NCBI GenBank assembly: GCA_013265495.1
Contig: MU058259.1
Span: 1 to 46,213 of the forward strand
DNA length: 46,213 bases
Reading direction: 5' to 3'
Origin: Vicugna vicugna
Taxonomy: Eukaryota
The first letter of the stretch is position 1. Every line of letters starts with the position of its first letter. The translations under genes were made by a program, and so were the position numbers. The notes below the pieces were generated by a model. It was not told the origin of the DNA and did no database searches. It worked only from the letters and a program-made list of their open reading frames with translations. This document shows positions 25,613-38,370 of the stretch, one piece after another.

Positions 25613-27842
25613 GAAATATAATCTTATGTTGCTAATTCTCTACTATTCAGTGTCCTGAGCATCAAAGTCTATGGATTCTCTCCTGTATTCCAGCAGCACT
25701 CAACATCATGTTATATTCTAGTTGGTTTTCTTTTTGAACTGGGACTTTATTTGCCTAAACATTTTCTTATATAGAAGTTTTTTTTTTCCTTTTGGAGTTT
25801 CTGCTGACCGTTTATTTTTGTTGAGAGAAGAAATACAGCTTTTCATCTCTTTGCTAGGATTTTTGGACTTCAGAGTCATTCTCCATGTTAAATGGAATCT
25901 TTTTTCTTCTTAAAGTCATTTTTTCACTAATCCTTCCTGTTCTAATTTAAACCAATTACTTTATGGGCACAACTGTCATCTCAGTACTGTTTTTGATTGC
26001 CTGCTGCTTCTTGGACCCCATGGCTTCCTCATCTTGGATTCCCCTCTTGTTTTCTTTTTAATTTTCTCTGAGTAACTACTCCTTAAACATTTTTTTTCCA
26101 AGAAAGGTGCATATGAGTTACATTTCCAGAGTCTTAGCATATCTGAAAATTTCTTGGTGTCCCTTTATGTCTCTTATGTCCCATATTTGTCCCTCATGCT
26201 AAGTATGGAATTCTAGGTTCAAAATTACTTTCCCATAGAAATTCTATCCTAGCATCTAGTGCTCTTTAGAAGTTTGTTAGTATTATGATTCTTTATAGAT
26301 TAATTTTTTTCTCTGTCTTTGGAAACTTTTAGAACCTTTATCTCTTTTCTATATATCCTGAGCCCTTTCAATATGAAGATTTGTACCATTCTTTAGCTCT
26401 GGTAGAATTTTTTTTTTCTTTCCTGCTTTCTGTATACTCTGTTCCCTCTATCTAGAATGACTTTTAGTTGTATGTGACAACTCTTACATCATCCACATTG
26501 CTTAATGTTTATCTCACTTTCTGTCTCTGGCCATGTGCAGTGTTCTGACAGATATCCTTGACTTTGTCTTCCTGGTGTTCTGTTGATTTTTTTTTTTGGC
26601 ACAGTCAATCATACTTATAATTTTCAGTAATTTGTTCTTATTTTCTAATTCCCAATATTTTATAGCATTATATTTTTGTTTTTTATTGTGTGATATCATC
26701 CTGAATGTCTTGAGCATATTATTTGGACGTATTAAAAGTGTTCTTCTGTTTTTGAAATTACTTCTTTCTCTTCTAAGTTATTTTGTACTGTCCATTAGTC
26801 CCTCTCTCCTTAGTCTAAATTTACCTAAATGATTCTCTTTTTACCAAAGCTCTTGATTCCGTACAATTCTGAAAATCTATGTCTTTAGCCTATGCTGCTC
26901 TCTGTGGCCCCAGAATCATGTATGTATTTAGCCATCACCTGCTAGAGAACTCTATAAAATGTGTACAAAATCATCTTTTCCTTATTTCCTCTCTCAGGTT
27001 AACAACTACCATTTCCTTCATTGTTTAAGCCAGAAATCCAGACATTGTCCTTGACTAGTTCCTCCTCCTCTCCCACATTCACTAAATTTGATGGCTCTCT
27101 CTCTCTTTAATATCATTCAAAACAGTTTCTTTTACATCCTAACTACTATGACATTGATCCAGACTCTCATCATTTTTTTAACATTTTCTAAAAATGAGTC
27201 TGACTCATGTCTTTCCCATGCTTGAATTTCTATTGCCTTCAGGGTAAAAATATAAATATGGCACTTCTTACCTCCTCAGCCTCCTTTCCCAACACTTTTT
27301 CCTCTAAGTGTCACACTTTGCACTAAACTATAAATAGTTACCTAAATATATTATGCTAATTCATGTTCTGGTATTTTTGAATTTGCTGTTCCTTCTGCCC
27401 TGTATGCCCTTCCGTGCATCTTCACCTGGTGAACAATTTCTAATCTTTTAATTCTCAATACAGACATTTCCTTCTCTGAAAAGACTGCCATGACTGCCAG
27501 CCTGGATTAGGTCCCATTTTTTTTTCTGTGCACACTTAGCCTCCTGTTCTTACTTGTATCATGGCACTGGTAATAATGATAGATGATCGAGCACTATTGG
27601 ACCAGTTATTATGTAGTATTGTTATTATTATGTTAGTATTATAATAATACTATAGTACCTTGTTTTGTCCTCAAGATAACTTTGAGAGAGATTTTCATCC
27701 CCAATTCTATACATGAGGAAATTGATGCACAGAGAAGTTAAGTAACTTACCCAAGGTCACAGAGCTAATAAGTAGTAGAACTCTAGTATTTGAACCCAAC
27801 CTCATTCTCTGAGAGCCTGTGCTGCTTACCCCAGTGCTATAG

Positions 27843-28226
27843 GCCAGTGAGTCTCACATTTGATCATACATTCAAATCACCTGGAGGGTTTGTGAAAACA
27901 TAGGTGGCTGCCCTTGCTCTCAGAGTTCCTGCATCAGGTCTGAGGTGGGAGATTTTGCATCTTTTCTTTTTTTCCTTTTTTAATTGAAGTATAGTCAGTT
28001 TACAATGTTGTGCCAATTTCTAGTGTACAGCATAATATTTCAGTCATATATATACATACGTATATTCCTTTTCAGATTCTTTTGCATTATAGATCACTAC
28101 AAGATACTGAATATAGTTCCCTGTGCTATACAGTAAAAGCTTGTTGTTTATCTGTTGATTTTGCATTTCTGACAAGCTATAGGTGATACTGATGCTGGTC
28201 CATGGACCACACTTTGAGAACCACTG
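27843..28226. mobile_element. MER5A-like DNA transposon interrupted by an L1 3' end (27961-28156)
   Basis: aatcacctggaggg...cactttgagaaccactg is MER5A-like. The inner L1 has TSD gattttgcat at 27951-27960 and 28157-28166. MIR-like and L2-like remnants flank it. Confidence 0.75.
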
Positions 28227-29042
28227 TCCAGGCTGCAAACCAATTTCTTCACTGAAATTGTCTATTTGCTTGTCTTTCTCCCCAGCTAAAATGGAAGTTT
28301 GGCAGGAGCTGGTTCGTTTTCTCTTTTCTTTTTTTTATGTCTGCATTCCTAGCATCTAGCAAAGTAGTTCTGACAGGGGGTAGGCCCTCCATAAATGTTT
28401 ATTTGAATGAATGAATGAGGTAATGGTTCTGGGCTCTTCATTTAAGTGTATTTTTTGCCCGAATGAAATTTCTGTGTATTTTAAGAATTCTCAGGTTTTA
28501 TCAGTCACATACCTGACTGGCATACGGGGGCTGCATACACAAAGGTTTTGTAAGGTTAATTGTTAATTACATGATTGTAAAATACTCTGACGCTGAAAGT
28601 CACATTGGTTATATTTGACTCACTGTTCTTTCTAGAGTGGACCGGTCACTGCCTGTTAATTTATACCATCATTACATGCAAAGAGGCTCTTTGGCCTTTT
28701 AGCAGATTTAAACATATCTTTCTTAAAATAGCACCTTCCTTGATGTAGAATGATTCTATCATAAATGTGATGGCTTATAGAGCTTGTGGTACATTTACTT
28801 TCCAGTGTTCAAGCTTCTTAAAATGCCTGTGGGACGAGGAGTAGCTGAGTGGGAGGTCGGGGCTCCTTATCTCAGCCAGCTCAGCTCTGTGTCACTACCA
28901 ACCAGGCATCAAATGGGAAACAAGAAATTTCTCACCACTTGAGAACTTTGTTTCTAACAGTCAAAGTTTGGCTTTATGGTATTTTCTTATGTTACTTTTC
29001 TTTCCAAATAGAAATTACTAAAATTTTTTTTTATTATAACAG

Positions 29043-29147
29043 GTTTTGCAAGAACTTCTTGAAAACATAGAGAGGCAGGTTAACCGCCTTTGTGAAATTG
29101 TTTCACGAATGCAGCATTCTTTGGAGAAATCATTGTCACTAAACGAT
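29043..29147 (+). CDS. BEND2: BEND2 coding exon encoding a predicted coiled coil (VLQELLENIERQVNRLCEIVSRMQHSLEKSLSLND)
   Basis: T-rich tract ending acag|, consensus donor |gtaagt, 105 nt, open, phase 0-0, compatible with both flanking exons. Confidence 0.8.
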
Positions 29148-29649
29148 GTAAGTGTTATAAGAACATTTTTAGTACTTTGATAAGCCTCTAGTTTCTAAAA
29201 ATCAGTCAGTTAGAAGTGATAGAGAACTAATAACTGTGAGTTTATCTATACTTACTTTAGCAGCAAGTTGGAGACTAAACCTCCTTTGGAAGAATGCTGA
29301 AGTTTAGTTTAGGTTTGAGAGATTATGATACTGAGTATTTGTGTGTTTGTAACCATGAGGTATAAAATGCAAAGTGTAGGGTTGAAGAGGAATAAAAACC
29401 ATATAATCAAAATTCAACATTTTTATTTGACTTTGGAAAATGATATTGCAAGGAAAATAGGTATTAATGTTTTTTTAACCAACTTTTTAATTCTTAATTT
29501 TACTCACAGATGATTAATACTGGCTTTGTGTCATTTTAGAGGTCATCTGGATTTGCACAAAAATGTTTTGATTGTGTACCTCATGGAGATATTAAGTCTA
29601 AAAACCAAAGAAAGGAGCTTAACCCATTGTGTTCTCTTACCCTGGACAG

Positions 29650-30055
29650 GGAGATTGTAACCCAACTATTCCAGTGGAAAGGCAAGAAAACGGTGCCGAG
29701 ATCAACCCTGTAGGAACATCTCTTCAGTCAGCAGCACTTCCTAAACTGCAGGAGCCAGTTCTCACGGAAAGTCCACCACTTCCCAAAATTGTCTCCTCAT
29801 ATTCATTACAGCCATGTCTCACACCAGGCAGCCCGTTTTCTGATCCTGGTGTTCCATCCTTTTTCAGCGAAGGTGCCGAAAGTACCAACAGTGTTATCTC
29901 ACCTGCCCAGGCTAATCTAGCAGTACCTACAGCAGTTCTCCCACAGGGAGAACCCAGTCTGGCAGACACCCCTAAGACACCCTCAACTATAATGGAAAAT
30001 AATAGCGTGAGCCCAGACACTGCCTTGCCACCTCGCTGCATCCTTCCCAATTCTG
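29650..30055 (+). CDS. BEND2: BEND2 large Ser/Pro-rich exon ending in the first peptide-repeat copy
   Basis: Acceptor acag|, donor G|gtgagt, 406 nt, phase 0-1, inside ORF 29629-30096. ERQE, PKIVSSYSLQ and GAESTN match recalled human ERQE, PRIVSSSSLQ and GAESTN. Confidence 0.92.
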
Positions 30056-31116
30056 GTGAGTTTGAAATGCCACACATTATAAATAGCATCCTTTAATCTA
30101 GATTCTAAAGCATCCTTAATGCAAACTAGTGATAGCTATTTTTTAACTAAAAGTTTTATATTGAGATAATTGTAGATTCACATGTAGTTGTAAGAAATAA
30201 TGCAGAGTGATGCCTTTTACCCAGTTTCCCCCAATGGTAGGTAACATCTTGTTAGTTCTGTGCAGTTTTATCACATGAGAAGGTTTGTATATCCACTGCC
30301 ATAGTCAAGGTATAGAACATTTCCATCACCACAAAGATCATTTGTATTGCCTTTTTATAACCACACCTGTCACCCTCCGGTAACCCTGCCCTCCCTGTTC
30401 CCCTGTCTCTAACTGTTGGCAACCACTGATCTAGTCTCCATTTGGGAACTTTGTCACTTCAAATTGTTATATATTTGGATGCATGTAGTATGTAACATTT
30501 TGATATTGGCTTTTTCTACTCAACATAAGTCCCTAGAGATTAAACCAAGTTGTTCACTAGTTCCTTTTTATTGCTGAGTACAGATGTGTCATAGTTTAAC
30601 CATTCATCTGTTGAGGAAAATTCTGTGTTTTTTTTTTTTCAGTTTTTGACTATTAGTTGCTATGAATATTCATGTATAGGTTTTTGTGTAAATAAAAGTT
30701 TTCATTTCTCTGACATGTATACCCAAGAGTGCAATTGCTAGTTATATGTTAATTACATGTTTAATTTTATGAGAAACTACCTGTTTTCCAGTGTAGCTGT
30801 ACCATTTTACATTCCTATTAGTTATGTATGAGTGATCCAGTTTCTCTGCATCCCTATTTCTGCATTTCTGCTGTTTCCATGATCCTTTCTTCCTTCTGAT
30901 GCTTCATGATTCATTCTTACATCATATCCTATCTGATAGAAGATTTTCTTCTAGTTTTTTCTTTAAGAGTAAGTCTGCTGGGGACAAAATCTTTTAGTTT
31001 TCCTTTGTGTGAGAATATCTTTATTTCTCCTTTTTTCCTGAAGGATAGTTTCCCCAGTGTAGAATTTGTGAATGAAAGTTCTTGTATTGTAGCCCTTGAA
31101 AACTTTTTATTTACAG

Positions 31117-31242
31117 AAATGCCAGGAAAAGAAGAAATCAGCCTTGAAAACAGCACAGAATCAGTGCATTACCCAACTTTATTCAGAAATGACAGTGGCC
31201 AAGATACTGCTTCTTCGTCTATCTTCATCCCTCTCAATTTTA
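31117..31242 (+). CDS. BEND2: BEND2 repeat exon R1 (EMPGKEEISLENSTESVHYPTLFRNDSGQDTASSSIFIPLNF)
   Basis: Acceptor ttacag|, donor A|gtgagt, 126 nt, open, phase 1-1. An in-frame alternative acceptor would start the exon at 31093. Confidence 0.85.
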
Positions 31243-31333
31243 GTGAGTTTGAAATGACACATGTTACAAGTAGCACTATTTAATCTAGATTTACTAACAT
31301 TCTCAGTGCAAATCAATGGGTAGCTCTTTTTTA

Positions 31334-31481
31334 TTTTTATTTTATTTTTATTTTATTTTTTAACATTTTTTATTGATTTATAATCATTTTACAATGTTGT
31401 GTCAAATTCCAGTGTAGAGCACAATTTTTCAGTTATACATGAACATATATATATATATTCATTGTCACATTTTTTTTCCTG
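31334..31481 (-). mobile_element. Young, very short L1 3' end with perfect 17-bp TSD
   Basis: TSD tgggtagctctttttta at 31317-31333 and 31482-31498, with a (ttttta)n tail. Confidence 0.85.
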
Positions 31482-32596
31482 TGGGTAGCTCTTTTTTAAA
31501 TTAAGCTTTTTATTTTGAAATAATTTTAGATTCATGTGTAGTTGTAAGAAATCATACAGAGATCCTATTTATGCTGTACCCATTTTCCTCAACACCATCT
31601 TGTTAAACTATAGTGAAATATCACAATTAGGATACTGACATTGATTAAATATACATTTGTGTGTGTGTGTGTATGTTTGTGTGTATTTAGTTCTATGCAA
31701 TTTTATTCCATGAGTTGATGTATTTCCCCACCATCACAGATGTAATATAGAACATTTCCATCCTTACCACAAAAACCCTTCATATTGCCCTTTTATAACA
31801 ACAACTACTCCCTCTGGTCACCCTTTCCTCCCACCCTCTCCTTTCCTAATCCCTGGCAAGCAGTGAACTGATTTCCCTTACTATGGTCTTGTCACTTGAA
31901 TATTACCATTTAAATGGGATAAGATACTGTATAACCTTTTGGACATGACTTTTTATTTATTTGTTTATTTATTTTACCAAACATGATTTCCTGGCAATTT
32001 ACACCAATTGTTGCATATATCAAGAGTTCCTTCCTTTTTATTGTTGAATACTGTTCCATGCTGTGGGTGTATAACTTTTTGTCTGTTCACCATTGAAGGA
32101 CATCTGGGATATTTCCAATTTTGGGCTATTACAAGTTTAGCTCTACGGACAGTTATGTAACGGTTTTTGTGTAAATGTAAGTTTACATTTCTTTGAGATA
32201 AATGCCCAAGAGGGTAATTCTGGGTCATATGTAATTCCATGTTTAGTTTTATGTGAAACTACTGAAGTTATTTTTCAGAGTAGCTGTACCATTTTACCTT
32301 TCATCCGTAATATATGTGATATAATTTCTCTACATGCATGTTTCTTCTCTTTCCATTCTTCTTTCTTTCTTTCTTCTTGATGCTCAAAGATCCATTCTTT
32401 CATCATATCCTTTCTGTTTGAAGATTTTTTTAGCCTTCCTTTAAGGGTAAGTCTGCAAGAAACAAGTTCTTTTAATTTTCCTTCATGTGAGGAATGTCTT
32501 TATTTCCCATACATTAATGAAGGATAGTTACATTGTGTATAGAATTAATGATTGAAAGTTATTTTCTTAAGCACTTGAAAAATGTTTTTCCTGTAG

Positions 32597-32707
32597 ATAC
32601 ACCAGAAACCAGCCTGGGAAATAACCCTGAGACAAAAAGTAACCCAACTTTATTGATAAATGACAGTGGCCAATGTTCTTCGTCTTTCATACTCCCACCC
32701 AATTTTG
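32597..32707 (+). CDS. BEND2: BEND2 repeat exon R2 (xTPETSLGNNPETKSNPTLLINDSGQCSSSFILPPNF)
   Basis: Acceptor cctgtag|, donor G|gtgagt, 111 nt, open, phase 1-1. Its length difference from R1 preserves frame. Confidence 0.75.
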
Positions 32708-33903
32708 GTGAGTTTCAAATGAGACATACTACAAGTAGCACTGCTTAATCTAGATGTGTCAATATCCTTAATGCAAGCTAGTCGTAGCCCATTTTTAAAA
32801 TGAAACTTTTTATTTTGAAATAATCTTAGGTTCGCATATATTTGTAAAAAATATAAAGAGAAATAATATAAAGAAATTCACACATATTTGTAAGTAATAA
32901 TATAAAGAGATCCTTAATATAAAGAGACTCTTTCCTCCCAATGATAATTTCTTACACAACTAGTAAAATATCACAACCAGGGTATTGACATTGATACAAT
33001 ACACACATGTTATTGAGATGCTCCCAGTTTTACTTGTAGTAATTTGTGTCTGTTTATGTTTATTTCTGTCTAATTTCATCACATGAGTAAGTGTCAAGAT
33101 ACAGAACATTTCCATCACGTAAGATGCCTCTTTTTGCCCTTTTATAGCCACATCCACCTCTCTCAGGTCACCCTTTCCTTGCCCACTGCCTAGCCCCTGG
33201 CAAACACTGGTTTCTATAATTTTGTCACATCAAGAGTGTTATATAAAGGGAGTCTTATGGTACATAACATTTGAGTATTTTTTTTTTCACTCAGCATAAT
33301 TCTTTGAAGATCCATCCAGGTTGTTGCATGTATCCATACTTCCTTCCTTTTTATTGCTGAATAGTTTCACAGGATTTCAATATACAATAGTTGTTTTTAA
33401 CCATTCACCCACTGAAGGACATTAGTTTTCTTCCCTTAGTTTTTTGTATTAGGAGTAAAGCTGTTATCAACAACCATGTAACTGGTTTTTGTATGAATAT
33501 AAGGTTTTATTTCTCTGTCATGAATGCCAAGAGTGCAATTTTTGAGTCTTATGGTAATATCATTTTAGTTTTATAAGGAAATGCCAGCTTTCTAGAGAGG
33601 CTGTACCATTTTTCATTCTTACCAGCAGCAATCTGTTTCTTCACATTCATATTTCTGTTCTTCCCATTGTTCTTTCTTTCTTCCTGTTGCTCCAGATTTC
33701 CTTCTTTCACCATATCCTTTCTGTTTGAAGATTTTCCTTTAGCCTTTCTGTATGGGTAAGTCTGCTAGGGACAGATTCTTTTAGTTTTCTTTTGTTTCAG
33801 AATGTTTTTATTTCACCTTTTACTTGAAGGATAATTTCACTTCATGTAGAATTCACAGTTGACAATTCTTTTCTTTCAGCGGTTGAAAAATTCATCCTTA
33901 TAG

Positions 33904-34029
33904 AAATGCCAGGAAAAGCAGAAAACAACCTGGAAAACAGCTCTCAGACAATGTATTACCCAGCTTTATTGGGAAATATCAGTGGCCCAGATACTAATTC
34001 TTCATCTTATTCGGTTCCAACCAATTTTG
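33904..34029 (+). CDS. BEND2: BEND2 repeat exon R3 (EMPGKAENNLENSSQTMYYPALLGNISGPDTNSSSYSVPTNF)
   Basis: Acceptor ttatag|, or the in-frame ctttcag| starting at 33880 that adds AVEKFILI. Donor G|gtgagt, 126 nt. Resembles recalled human EKIILTEMPG...ENNSQTVYYPALSGN. Confidence 0.85.
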
Positions 34030-35377
34030 GTGAGTTTGAAATGATTCATATTATGAGTAGCACTGTTTATCTAGATCCATCCACACCCTTAATATAAGCC
34101 AGTTGCAGCTCTTTTTAAAACTTTAAAAAATGTTATTTAAGATTCACATGCAGTTGAAAAAAATACAGAGAGATCCTGTTTATGCTTTACCTATTTTCCA
34201 CAGTGACCTCACCTTGCAAAACTATAGTACTGGGTCACAGCCCAGTTATTGACATTTATTCAACCCACAGATGTTATTGAAGTGCTTCCAGTTTTACGTG
34301 TATGTGTATGTGCACACTTTCATGTGTGTATTCAACACTGTGCAATCTTAGCACATGAGTAAGTGAGCTTCTACAGTTAAGGTAGAGATCATTTACATCA
34401 CTCAAGGATCCCTTGTTGTTGCCCTTTTACAACCACATCAGCCTTCCCTTTATCCAAGATTCATCCCTAACACCTGGCTACCCTTGATCTCTGTTTCTAC
34501 AATTTTGTCTTTATTGTTATAAGTGGAATAATACACTGTATAACCTTTGGGATTGGCTTTTTTCACTCAGCCTAATTCCCTGGAGACTCATCCAGTTTGT
34601 GGCATGTATCAGTAGTTTATTACTCTTATTGCTGAAGAGTATTCCCAATGCTATGGATACACAACATTTTGTTTAACTGTTCACCTGTTGAAGGACATCT
34701 GGGCCTTTTCAGTTTTTGGCTATTAGGAGTAAAGCAGCTATAAATATTCATGTATACACTTTTGTGTAAATATCAGTTTTTATTTCTCAGTAGTTCTTTT
34801 CTATTGATGAAGAGTTTCCCATGGTATAGATATGCAACAGTTTTTTTTTAAAAAACCATTCACTCATTAAAGGACATCTGGCTTTTTTCTTTCTGAATTT
34901 TTAGATACTACAAGTAAAGCTGCTGTGAACATTCATGTACTGATTTTTGTGTAAATATAAATTTTCATGTCTCTGTCATGAATGCCAAAAGTATAGTTGC
35001 TAGGTCTTGTAGTAATAGCATGTTTAGTTTTATAAGAAACTGCCAAACAGTTTTCCAGAGAGGCTATAACATTTTACATTCCCAACAGCAATGTGTGGGT
35101 GATACAGTTTCTCTCTATCCATATTTATGATCTTTCCATTGTTATTTCTTCCTTCCTGATGCTCCAAGATTCCTTCTTTCATAATATCCTTTCTGTTTGA
35201 AGATTTTCCTTTAGCTGTTTTTAAGGGCAAATCTGCTAGGGACAATTAAAAAATCTTTTCCACTTTGGGTCAGAATGTCTTTATTTCTTATTCTTTCCTG
35301 AAGGATAGCCTCACCCAGTATAGAATTCACAATTGAGAATTCTTATCTTTCAGCACTTGAAAAAGTTATACTTATAG

Positions 35378-35491
35378 AAACGCCGGGAAAAGCAGAAGCC
35401 AGTGTGGAAAACAGCTCTCAGACAAATTCAGTGGGAAATGACAGTGGCCCAGATACTGCCTCGTCAACTCACTACATTCCACACAATTTTG
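35378..35491 (+). CDS. BEND2: BEND2 repeat exon R4 (ETPGKAEASVENSSQTNSVGNDSGPDTASSTHYIPHNF)
   Basis: Acceptor ttatag|, or the in-frame ctttcag| starting at 35354. Donor G|gtgagt, 114 nt, open, phase 1-1. Confidence 0.8.
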
Positions 35492-36439
35492 GTGAGTTTG
35501 AAATGATACAAATTTTATGTAGCACTGTTTAATTTAGATCCATCAACATCTTTAATGTAAGCTCATGATAACTCTTTTTAAATTAAACTTTGAATTTAAG
35601 ATAATCCCATAGTTGTAAGAAATAATAGAGTGATTCTGTTGATGCTTTATCTAGTTCTCCGAACAATAACATGTTATGAAACTATAACAGAACATCACAA
35701 CCAGGATATTGACATTGATAAAATCTACAGATTTTATTGAGATTTCCCCAGTTTGATTGTATTGATTAGTGTATATGCATGTTTAGTTCTATTTGATTTT
35801 TATCATATGAGTAGGTTTGATATCCACCACCTAGTCAAGATTCAGAACATTTCCATCACCATAAGGATGCCTCATCTTGCCCTTTTGTAACCGCACTCAC
35901 CTCAGCTTGATACCCTGGACATTCATTTGACTTGTGTGCATCAGTAGTTCCTTCTTTATTGCTGAGTACTATTTCATGGTGTGGATGTACCACAGTTTGT
36001 GTATTGATTCACAGTTGAAGAATGTCTGAATTTTTTTCCAGTTTTCAGTATTACAAGTAAAATTGCTATGACTGTTCATGTACAGGTTTTTGTGTGAACA
36101 TAAGTTTTAATTTCTCTCAGATAAATGCCCAAGAGTGAAAATGTTTGGTTGTGTGGTAATTGCATATTTAGTTTTGTAAGAAACTGCCAAGCAGTTTTCC
36201 AGAGAGGCTGTACCATTTTACTCTCCTGCCAGCAACGTGTGAGTGATCTAGTTTTCCACATCCATATTTCTGCTGCTTTTATTGTTCTTTCTTCGTTTTT
36301 GGTGCTCCAAGATTAGTTCTTTCATCATTCTTTTCTGGTAGAAGATTTTCCTTTAGCTATTCTCAAGTGTAAATCAGCTAGTGAGAAATACTTTTAGCAT
36401 TCCTTTGTGTGAGAGTGTTTTTATTTCCTCTTTATTCTT

Positions 36440-36954
36440 TTTGTTTTAATCATTTGTTTGTTCATTTCTTTTTTCAGCTTTATTGAGTTATAATTGACAA
36501 ATAAAATTGTCATGTATTTAAAGTGTACAATGTGATGATTTTATATACGTATATATTGTAAAAGGATTCCCACCATCGAGTTAAAACATTCAGTCGTCTC
36601 ACACATTTACCTTTGTATTTTTTTTTTTGTAGTAAGAATGCTAAAGTTCTACTCTCTAAGCAGATTCCAACTATACAATGCAGTATTATCAGTTATAGCC
36701 ATCATGTTATACATTAGATCCCCGGACCTCATTCATCTTAAAATTGAAAGTTTGTACCCTTTTACCAGTCGCTTCCTATTTCCCTCACCACCCAACAGCC
36801 CCTGGCAGCCACATTCCATTCTTGTTTCTATGCGTTTGACATTCTTAAAAGATTCCACACATAAGTGATACCATACAGTATTTGTCTTTTTCTGTCTGGC
36901 TTATTTCACTTAGCAAAATGCCCTCCAGATTCATCCATGTTGTCAACAAATCTG
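36440..36954 (-). mobile_element. L1 3' end inserted just upstream of R5
   Basis: ttttcagctttattgagttataattgacaaat is an L1 3' end. TSD ctttattctt at 36430-36439 and 36955-36964. Confidence 0.8.
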
Positions 36955-37042
36955 CTTTATTCTTGAGGTATTGTTTTGCCTGATATAGAATTCATGGTTG
37001 AGAATTCTTATCTTTTAGTACTTGAAAATATTTTATTTATGT

Positions 37043-37166
37043 AAATGTTGGTAAAAGCTCAAACTGCCTGGAAAAGGGCCCTGAGACAACAAATTATCCA
37101 CTTTTTTGGAAAACAACAGTAGTCAAGATATTTCCTCATTATGTCACTGCATTCCTCCCAGTTTTG
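37043..37166 (+). pseudogene. Decayed repeat exon R5 (pseudoexon)
   Basis: Homologous to R1-R4. The proximal acceptor atagaa is changed to atgtaa, giving an in-frame TAA from the upstream acceptor at 37019. The length is 124 nt (frameshifted). The donor gtgagt is retained. Confidence 0.75.
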
Positions 37167-38370
37167 GTGAGTTTGAAATGATACTTTGACATATAGCATA
37201 TTTAATCTAGATTCCTCAGTCTCCTTAGTTCAAGATAGTGGTAGCTCTTTCTAAGTAAAGTATTTATTTTTAGAATAATTTAGCTGCACAGGCAGTTATG
37301 ATAAATAATACAGAGAGATCCTATGTTCCCATTACCCAATTTTCCTCAATGGTAACATCTTGCAAAATGATCAAAAATTACTACAACCAAGATATTGACA
37401 TGATATCATTCATAGGTATTACTGAGATGTCTCCAGTTTCACCTGTATTAATATATGTGTGTGTATTTAGTTCTATACAATTTTTTCATATGTGTAGGTT
37501 CACATATCCTCCACCACAGGCAAGTCTTGAAACAGTTCCATCACCACCAAGATATCTCATATTGCTCTTTTATAATCACATCCATCTCCCTCCAGTTGAC
37601 ATTTGCCCCCTACTTCTACCCTCTGCCCTGTTGCAAGGCAACCATGAATCTCTTCTCCTGATCTATTATTTGTCCCTTCAGCATTGTTACATAAATGGAA
37701 TCATGTGGTGTTTGAGATTGGCTTCTTCTCTCAGTGTGAATCCCTGGAGATTCATTCATATTGCTGTGCGTATCAGTGTTCCTTCTTTTTTTTTTTTTTA
37801 ATTGTTCAGTAGTATTTCATGTGATGGATGTACCAGGGTTTATTTATCTGTTCACCTGTTGAAAATATCTGGGTTTCTTGTTTTTGGCTGTTAAAGATAA
37901 AACTGATATGAATATTCACTCATAGTTTTAAATTTTGCTTCATTTCATTTATTTCACTCTTTCACACAAGTTTTCATTTTTCCAGGATGAATGCCCAAGA
38001 GTGCAATTTCTGGGTCCTATGGTAATTGCATCCTTAGTTTTATAAGAAACTGTCAAACTGCTTTCCAGTGTAGCTGTACCATTTTTCATTCCTTCCAGCA
38101 AAGTATGAGTGATCTAGTTTCTCTGCATCCATATTTCTGCTTTTTCCAGTCTTCTTTCTCTTTAATACTCCAGAATTCTGTTGTATCCTTTCTATTAGAA
38201 GGTTTTCATGTAGCCATTTTTTCAAGTATGTCAGTAACAAAAACTTTTGATTTTCCTTTGTTGGTAAATATCTTTATTTTTTGCTTCATTACTAGAGAGT
38301 AATTTCATCAGATACAGATATGAGATTGGGAGGCTTTTCTTACAGCATTTGAAAAATGTTTTCCCTATAG

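Noticed and set aside
29724..30089. 121-aa antisense ORF over the large exon
   Set aside because: A shadow ORF of the real + strand exon.
30056..30096. Conserved read-through peptide GEFEMxHIxxS after each repeat donor
   Set aside because: It lies after a consensus gtgagt donor, and its similarity across units is explained by duplication of intron sequence.
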